Assembly (NCBI GenBank): GCA_029879945.1
Contig: JAOUPJ010000001.1
Coordinates: 1 to 39,049 of the forward strand
Direction: 5' to 3'
Length of the DNA stretch: 39,049 nt
Source: Gammaproteobacteria bacterium
GTDB taxonomy: Bacteria; Pseudomonadota; Gammaproteobacteria; S012-40
Positions 33,149 through 39,049 of this stretch are shown here, piece by piece. The position numbers were made by a program, and so were the translations under genes. Numbering within the stretch: the stretch's first letter is position 1; the number at the start of each line of letters is the position of its first letter. The notes beneath the pieces were generated by a model. The model saw only the letters and a program-made list of their open reading frames with translations. It was not told where the DNA came from and did no database searches.

Positions 33149-33697
33149 TTTATAACCTACTAAAGCAATGGACGTCTAATGCGGGATCTTCCCTGGTTCC
33201 CAACGAATAGCATCCATGCCGGATATGGTCTAAAACGCGATCAAATCCTTTCGTGGCGTATATATAATCAGATTCTTATTATTGTTGTAATATTCTGTTC
33301 CATTATACCCTATAAAACATACCAAGATAAAGGTTAACGGGTAATTTTTGTTCGAATTAATCGAATCCCCGACTCTCCCCCTTCCGCGAGGGGCGGCGCC
33401 AAACAGCGATTGGGTTTCATCTTATTTATATTATCTATCAACTGGTTACGGTTAAGCGGGAGGACCATGAACTGTCGCAACCACGGTGACGGGATTCCAT
33501 AATGAGTTAATCCCACTATCAAACACAAAAGCAGGCTTGTGCCCAAATGACTGCGTCCTTACACTAGCACTACAAAGGTGACTCTCCAGTGCCGAAATCA
33601 CACTAACGAAACCAGGCTTGGCAAAACCTGCTCAGCGTGTCCCACACTGAGACCGGGTGTCACAAAACACAATTTAAATAGTTGGCTCACCGACAAA

Positions 33698-34927
33698 ATG
33701 ACTTCAAATAAAACTGCATACATTGTTTTTGCCTGCGGCCTGTATGGTCTTTTTCTCGTCTATGGAACACTCTTTCCCATACTCAACTTTGCCTGGCAGC
33801 CGGAAAACTTCAAAGTTTTGTTCACAAATCTGAACACTGTTCAGATAACAAAGCCCGACCTCATAACTAATCTAATTGTGTACATCCCTCTGGGATTTCT
33901 TATCGCCAGTCTGCTCGTAAAAGACAGGCCTTTTGTCATCTACACGCTACTCGCCACATGTGCCGGATGTGTGCTGAGCCTGTCGCTGGAATTATTGCAG
34001 ACCCAATTACCGGGGCGAGTCCCTTCACTTTTGGATTTGCTTTTGAATACAGTGGGCGCTGGCCTGGGTGGGGCAATCTTCAGCCTGATGAAACACGCAG
34101 GTTCTGGCCAAATTGTCCTGTTTAACAGAATCCTTTCCATTACCAACAAAGATCTGCACGCCAAACTGGCGGCAAGCTGCATTGGAGTATGGATCGCATC
34201 CCAAACCGCACCCTTTGCCCCATCCATTGATGTAGGACTTCTTTGGAGTAGTGTGAAACCGGTATGGCTGACGCTTAATAGTCTTGACACCTTCCAGTGG
34301 ATGAAGCTCGTGGAATACCTCTGCGCTTTCATAATCATTGCGTTACTGCTGGAATATCTCCTCAACGCCAAAGGAAAACATACGCAGATTTTTCTCGCAC
34401 TCTTGCTGCTTACCGTGCTATTGAAAATCATTGTCGTAAGCCGCGTCGTATCACTGGAAATGTTGCTTGCGCTGCTTTGTGCCCTGACCTACCCTCTGCT
34501 GAAACGTTTCCTTTCCCCTGAGATTCGTCCCCATGCATTGGTACTCTTAACGATAATCTATATTCTTGCAGACCAACTCAAACCCGGGAGCGCCGCCACA
34601 TTCAATTCCATTAACTGGATACCCTTTAGTGGACAGATGAGTAGTCTTTCCGGTTTCATCGATATACTGGAGACCGCCTGGCCCTTCACAGTGATTGCAC
34701 TGGCCAACATCCTGGCCCTTAACAAATCACCAAGTTCGGTACTACCCTGGAAGGAGCTTTTTTCAGTGGTGTTTCTGGCCTTTGGGGTGGAATGGGCACA
34801 ACAGTACACGCCGGGGCGTTTTCCGGACGTGACGGATGTGTTTATCGCAGTACTGGGCTGGTTTGCGCTGCACTACCTGGCGCGGTATTTACACCTGGGC
34901 AGTACACAAAAGAGCTTGAGTGACTAG
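33698..34927 (+). CDS. Polytopic membrane protein with VanZ-like motifs at both termini
   Basis: Start at ATG 33698 gives 409 aa, matching the 410-aa paralogue. LIVYIPLGF...LELLQTQLPGRVPSLLDLLLNTVGAGLGG, and near the C-terminus GVEWAQQYTPGRFPDVTDVFIAVLGW. Confidence 0.8.
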   Translation: MTSNKTAYIVFACGLYGLFLVYGTLFPILNFAWQPENFKVLFTNLNTVQITKPDLITNLIVYIPLGFLIASLLVKDRPFVIYTLLATCAGCVLSLSLELLQTQLPGRVPSLLDLLLNTVGAGLGGAIFSLMKHAGSGQIVLFNRILSITNKDLHAKLAASCIGVWIASQTAPFAPSIDVGLLWSSVKPVWLTLNSLDTFQWMKLVEYLCAFIIIALLLEYLLNAKGKHTQIFLALLLLTVLLKIIVVSRVVSLEMLLALLCALTYPLLKRFLSPEIRPHALVLLTIIYILADQLKPGSAATFNSINWIPFSGQMSSLSGFIDILETAWPFTVIALANILALNKSPSSVLPWKELFSVVFLAFGVEWAQQYTPGRFPDVTDVFIAVLGWFALHYLARYLHLGSTQKSLSD

Positions 34928-34998
34928 AACAAAAACCTGGCAATGACAGTCCGGCTGGTGCCGAGCACTACTACACCAAAAGTGTCACTATCCCCAAA

Positions 34999-35634
34999 CT
35001 AGGCGGCCCCGCCCAAGGGACAAAGCTGACTATTCAATTGATCCAGGGTAGTCGCAGCCGCCTTCATCACTTCCGGATCACAACTGTGATAGGCATTGCG
35101 GAAGTTTGAAATAACTTGTTCAACTGTGAGATCAAAGTTCACGGGTGTGGCCGCATTTTGTAGCGCAGCCACTGATTGCACCGCCAGGTATCGAAGCGTG
35201 TGCTGATACGCGTGGGCTTCAGTTGAACTCACTAAAGCACAACCGGCAGGTGGCTCTCCCCGCACATTGGGATCATTACTCAAACCCAGGGTTTGCAGTA
35301 AGCTAAGCCCGGGAAAGGCTTCCACCTGAAAGACTGTATCAAACAGTGCTTCCGGCGGTATTTGCGCATGCCATTGGTCAGTATTCAATTGCCAAAAACT
35401 GGTGGAACACCCCTCGCCACCGCAGGGCTCGTCGCCATGATGAGATAGATTCCCGGAAAGCTGGCCAGAAAGCGTGCACTTCCCTGCCCATGCTGGCTTG
35501 TTTGCGAGGGTCAATACCACAGGAGCAAGCACCAGTGCAGATTTTGTGAGTCGGCGCCTGGACTGGTCCACCTGGCGGTTTGCTGAGTCTAAACGGGAAA
35601 CATCCAAATTTTCCTGGCTATCCTTTTCCTTCAT
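34999..35634 (-). CDS. P2: paralogue of P1 (exported, twin-arginine-like signal, six Cys)
   Basis: 211 aa. QSRRRLTKSALVLAPVVLTLANKPAWA/GKCTLSGQLSGNLSH. The same six Cys positions as P1. Confidence 0.8.
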   Translation of the reverse strand: MKEKDSQENLDVSRLDSANRQVDQSRRRLTKSALVLAPVVLTLANKPAWAGKCTLSGQLSGNLSHHGDEPCGGEGCSTSFWQLNTDQWHAQIPPEALFDTVFQVEAFPGLSLLQTLGLSNDPNVRGEPPAGCALVSSTEAHAYQHTLRYLAVQSVAALQNAATPVNFDLTVEQVISNFRNAYHSCDPEVMKAAATTLDQLNSQLCPLGGAA

Positions 35635-35734
35635 TTTCCATCCTGGATTAGAAATTATTAATTTGTGAATCGATTAAATCAGTAGTGACCTGCCGTATTT
35701 TATAATTTTCGGACCTACTTGTCTCATTGACTAA

Positions 35735-35749
35735 GCAAACTGAAAGCCA
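35735..35749 (-). promoter_or_regulatory. Sigma-54-like -24/-12 element upstream of P2
   Basis: Minus strand reads TGGCTT-TCAGT-TTGCT with correct GG-N10-GC spacing. It matches 9 of 12 conserved positions of TGGCACG-N4-TTGCW and lies about 100 nt upstream of ATG 35634. Confidence 0.35.
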
Positions 35750-36052
35750 ATAAGTAACTGTATGTTTTTATTGATAAAATAATCGATAAAAAAGACAAAA
35801 TCAGAATTGTGTAAGCAATAACGACAATCGAAATTAGCCGCGGCACAGAACAAAAATATAATTTATTTTTTTATTCAATAAGTTAAAGTATTCTTCGAAG
35901 AGATTTGCTCACAAAATGATCATGAAGCACATGTAAGATTCATCGACATCTACTTCATGTAAGCCCTTACAACGAGGCCCCAAAATTGCGTGTTTTGCTG
36001 GATTTCCTTTTTAAGTTAGTGAAAATATGGAATTTATCTACACAAGCCCGGG

Positions 36053-36058
36053 TATAAT
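36053..36058 (+). promoter_or_regulatory. Perfect TATAAT -10 box upstream of the second VanZ-like gene
   Basis: TATAAT lies 45 nt upstream of ATG 36103. The -35 region is weak (GAATTT). Confidence 0.3.
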
Positions 36059-36102
36059 AAGTTCAAACTCGAAACCCTTAGAGATTCCCTGAGACTTCTG
36101 CA

Positions 36103-37335
36103 ATGTATCAGGCCAGATCACAGCGCCATTTCCTGCTGCCCTTGCTCACAGTTGCATATATGCTGCTTTTGGCCTATGCCAGCCTGTTTCCGCTTAGCGG
36201 ATGGCAAATCCCCGTCTATGAAAACTGGCTGGATGCCTATGAAGTTCGAAACCGATATATTACCCGCACCGATCTAACGACCAACTTTCTGGTCTATATC
36301 CCTTTGGGATTACTGGCCTACATCTGGCTCCGTTCCCACTATCACTGGAAGGTAGCCGGGATCATCGTTCTGCTTACGAGTCTCGCTCTAAGCTTCACGC
36401 TGGAGTCACTTCAGCTTTTTATTCCCTCCAGGGTCCCCTCTTTTGTAGACCTAGTAATGAACATACTGGGAGCTGCGGTAGGCATCGCTATCGCGCACAC
36501 CTTTAGTGAACATACAAATCTGGGGCAGCGATTTCAGTTTCTTCGACACCGTTGGATAAAACCCGGACATCTTGCCAATATGGGGCTGGTGATACTTGGT
36601 CTTTGGGCAATCTCGGAACTGAGTCCAATTATCCCTTCACTGGAAGCGGCACACATCAAAAAGCAACTGATTCCACTATCATTGGTGCTAGAGCAACCTG
36701 AGCTTCTAAAACCTAAACTTTTCTTTATTGCTGTTTTACAACTCTCAGCGCTCCTGTATCTGGCCACCACCGTTTTCAAAGATAGTTCTCGGGCAATTCG
36801 CAGTTTTTTCTGGTTCTGTGTCCTAATCTATCTGTACAAACTTACCGTTGTTAATCGCTTATTACTGCCCGAGTCTATCTTGGCCGTTCCCATTGCCATT
36901 TCGTTGGTGCACATTACAAAAAACTTCTCCAAACAAGCCATCGTCTTTGCCATCTATTTTTGCATTATTGTCGCCTATTCACTAGGCCAGCTCGGCACTC
37001 TGAGCAGCCAGGCCGGCTATTTTCGGGAAATGAACTGGATTCCTTTTTACAGCTATATCGCCAGCGTCAGGCAATTTACGGAAATAGCCACCACGAGTTG
37101 GGAATTTTTATTGCTTGCCTACGCGTTTATCTACTTGCAGGCCAGAAACAGTCTGCTCGTGATGATGCTGGGATTATTCGGTATAGCCGCATTCACCCTG
37201 ACCCTGGAAGTGGGACAACAATACATCGTGGGTGCAAAACCGGATATTACAAACGTATTGCTCGCCACACTGGCCTGGCTACTCCCCTGGTTACACCCCT
37301 TGATCCGCAGAAGACACTCCCTGAATTCTTTATAG
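36103..37335 (+). CDS. Polytopic membrane protein with VanZ-like motifs at both termini (paralogue of 33698-34927)
   Basis: 410 aa. FLVYIPLGL...LESLQLFIPSRVPSFVDLVMNILGAAVG, and LEVGQQYIVGAKPDITNVLLATLAW. Confidence 0.8.
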   Translation: MYQARSQRHFLLPLLTVAYMLLLAYASLFPLSGWQIPVYENWLDAYEVRNRYITRTDLTTNFLVYIPLGLLAYIWLRSHYHWKVAGIIVLLTSLALSFTLESLQLFIPSRVPSFVDLVMNILGAAVGIAIAHTFSEHTNLGQRFQFLRHRWIKPGHLANMGLVILGLWAISELSPIIPSLEAAHIKKQLIPLSLVLEQPELLKPKLFFIAVLQLSALLYLATTVFKDSSRAIRSFFWFCVLIYLYKLTVVNRLLLPESILAVPIAISLVHITKNFSKQAIVFAIYFCIIVAYSLGQLGTLSSQAGYFREMNWIPFYSYIASVRQFTEIATTSWEFLLLAYAFIYLQARNSLLVMMLGLFGIAAFTLTLEVGQQYIVGAKPDITNVLLATLAWLLPWLHPLIRRRHSLNSL

Positions 37336-37568
37336 GGAAGATTTTTTCTCTGGAAGCCGAAAAATGCAGATATAATAGGGCCCGAAGTAGAGAAACAATT
37401 TAGGCTCATTCTAAGAGCAGGTCAATTTTTGCGCGACCAGCATTAATCTCCGGGGACAATTCAGGATAGAAAAATCCTGCTTCGGTGCGATGCACTAAAA
37501 CAGACACGAAAGTATGCGTCTCTACTCAATGACAACAAATTGATACAGATATAAGACATAAGTTTTCT

Positions 37569-39049
37569 ATGACTGCGCTTCTACATAATCTACTCATCGA
37601 TACTGCCGAGCGAACTCCCGCTGCGACCGCCTTGCGTCACAAGAAAGAAACCGTGAGCTATGAAACTCTGGCGCAAGATATTCACTCTGCTGCTGCGGGT
37701 TTGATACACCTGGGACTGGAGCGCAATGAACGCGTGGGCATTTACCTGCCCAAATCGTTTTCCACTGTCACCGCCTTTTTTGCTGCTACCTGCGCCGGAG
37801 GCGTATTTGTACCAATAAATCCGGTACTCAAATCACCCCAAGTCCAGCACATACTCCAGGACTGTAATATTCGGGTATTGATCACTTCAGCCGATCGATT
37901 GAAGCTTTTAAGCTCGGCACTTGCACACTGCCACGATCTAAACACCGTTGTTTTGCTGGAAAGTACAATCCCTGAACTGGAAGACAAACCCCATTATCGA
38001 ATTGTATGCTGGGACGAGTTCCGTGATGCTAGCACCTCGACTACTCCTATAAACAGAATAGACCGGGACATGGCTGGTATTTTCTATACCTCCGGTTCCA
38101 CAGGTAAACCCAAGGGCGTAGTGCTATCCCATTTGAATATGGTGGCAGGAGCCCATAGTGTGGCGCGATACCTGGAAAATACCGCAAATGACCGCTTGCT
38201 TGCCGTGCTGCCCTTTAGTTTTGACTACGGCTTCTCGCAGCTATCCACTGCCTTTTCTGTGGGGGCTTCAGTAACACTATTGGACTACCTCCTACCCAGA
38301 GATGTGGTAAAAGTAGTTCAAAAAGATCAGATTACAGGTCTGGCAGCCGTTCCTCCTCTGTGGATTAAATTGAGTGAGTTGGACTGGCCCGAGGAGACCA
38401 GTGAGCATCTGCGTTATATCACCAATTCCGGTGGTGCCATGCCTCAGGCAACACTGGCTGAATTACGCAAACAGCTGCCCAAGACACGTCCCTATCTCAT
38501 GTATGGCCTCACCGAAGCCTTTCGTTCCACCTATTTGCCACCTGAGGAAATCGATAAACGACCTGGCTCCATGGGGAAAGCCATACCCAATGCAGAAGTG
38601 ATGGTGGTACGCGCAGACGGCACAGAGTGCGCGCCCGGCGAACCGGGTGAACTGGTACATCGTGGCTCACTTGTGTCCATGGGATACTGGAACGATCCGG
38701 AGAAGACGGCGATTCGATTCAAGCCCGCACCCAACAGCGAATCGGGTATTCAGCTCACTGAAATGGCGGTGTGGTCCGGAGATACCGTTAAAAAAGATGA
38801 AGACGGTTTTCTCTATTTTGTAGGCCGAACCGATGAGATGATCAAGACCTCAGGCTACCGCGTCAGTCCCACGGAAATTGAGGAAGAGATCTATAAAACA
38901 GGACTGGTCTCCGAGGTAATCGCCCTGGGTATTCCTCACCCGGAATTGGGACAGGCCATCGTATTGATTGTGGTACCCCTGGAGGACAGCTCTTTTGATG
39001 AAAACGAGCTGACTACACACTGCAAAAAAAATCTACCCAACTTCATGGT
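37569..39049 (+). CDS. AMP-forming acyl-CoA ligase (adenylate-forming enzyme), resembling the exosortase A system-associated type. 3' end runs off the right edge
   Basis: Not in the ORF track because it is edge-truncated. Hand translation from ATG 37569 (first start after an in-frame TGA at 37530) stays open to the edge: MTALLHNLLIDTAERTPAATALRHK..., IFYTSGSTGKPKGVVLSH, MYGLTEAF, GRTDEMIKTSGYRVSPTEIE. Confidence 0.88.
   Translation, partial: MTALLHNLLIDTAERTPAATALRHKKETVSYETLAQDIHSAAAGLIHLGLERNERVGIYLPKSFSTVTAFFAATCAGGVFVPINPVLKSPQVQHILQDCNIRVLITSADRLKLLSSALAHCHDLNTVVLLESTIPELEDKPHYRIVCWDEFRDASTSTTPINRIDRDMAGIFYTSGSTGKPKGVVLSHLNMVAGAHSVARYLENTANDRLLAVLPFSFDYGFSQLSTAFSVGASVTLLDYLLPRDVVKVVQKDQITGLAAVPPLWIKLSELDWPEETSEHLRYITNSGGAMPQATLAELRKQLPKTRPYLMYGLTEAFRSTYLPPEEIDKRPGSMGKAIPNAEVMVVRADGTECAPGEPGELVHRGSLVSMGYWNDPEKTAIRFKPAPNSESGIQLTEMAVWSGDTVKKDEDGFLYFVGRTDEMIKTSGYRVSPTEIEEEIYKTGLVSEVIALGIPHPELGQAIVLIVVPLEDSSFDENELTTHCKKNLPNFM

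Noticed and set aside
33467-33502. 11-codon ORF MNCRNHGDGIP preceded by GGGAGGA (possible small precursor peptide)
   Set aside because: The SD-to-ATG spacing is only about 3 nt. The peptide is very short, there is no counterpart in the paralogous intergenic region, and it lies on the strand opposite the PqqD operon. It is recorded in case ribosome profiling says otherwise.
33334-33546. 70-aa minus-strand ORF in the P1/VanZ-like intergenic region
   Set aside because: TTG start, no RBS, no motif, and a composition unlike the neighbouring genes. It is probably non-coding.
33619-33634. TGGCAAAACCTGCT as a sigma-54 promoter for the first VanZ-like gene (and TGGAAGCCGAAAAATGCA at 37351-37368 for the acyl-CoA ligase)
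   Set aside because: The GG-to-GC spacing is 8 and 12 nt respectively, instead of the required 10.

Overview
39 kb of chromosomal-looking proteobacterial DNA, roughly 50% G+C by eye and densely coding. No rRNA, tRNA, CRISPR array, transposase or integrase was found. All calls come from hand translation and remembered motifs; no searches were run.

Gene content, left to right:
- An edge-truncated ArsS-like radical SAM gene that is missing from the ORF track.
- An ECF sigma factor with a small soluble ZAS-type anti-sigma.
- Fused ATP sulfurylase/APS kinase, then grxD.
- A translationally coupled ECF sigma / anti-sigma / exported caspase-like protein operon, with a divergent outer-membrane barrel gene.
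- A GNAT-C39 peptidase fusion, an RLAN-type RimK ATP-grasp ligase, an RquA-like methyltransferase and a 589-aa AsnO-like amidotransferase.
- An orphan hydantoinase-B gene, sodB, argD-argF and an orphan ABC ATPase.
- A tightly coupled operon that looks like ureide or N-carbamoyl metabolism: M20 carbamoylase, isochorismatase-like hydrolase, sodium:solute symporter with a 40-aa subunit, a divergent aspartate carbamoyltransferase paralogue, a second AsnB and a MarR regulator.
- Cytochrome c4.
- The most unusual region (30.1-37.3 kb): an HPr-rel-A-type operon (PqqD-like, HprK-like kinase, nucleotidyltransferase). It is headed by an unrecognised Tat-signal, 6-Cys protein. That gene, together with a divergent double-VanZ membrane protein gene, is duplicated in tandem.
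- An edge-truncated acyl-CoA ligase of the kind I associate with exosortase A/PEP-CTERM loci.

Non-coding features include an 8-unit tandem hairpin array (12229-12372), a 141-bp imperfect palindrome (9756-9896), an orphan intrinsic terminator just upstream of argD, a Fur-box-like site and a sigma-54-like promoter.
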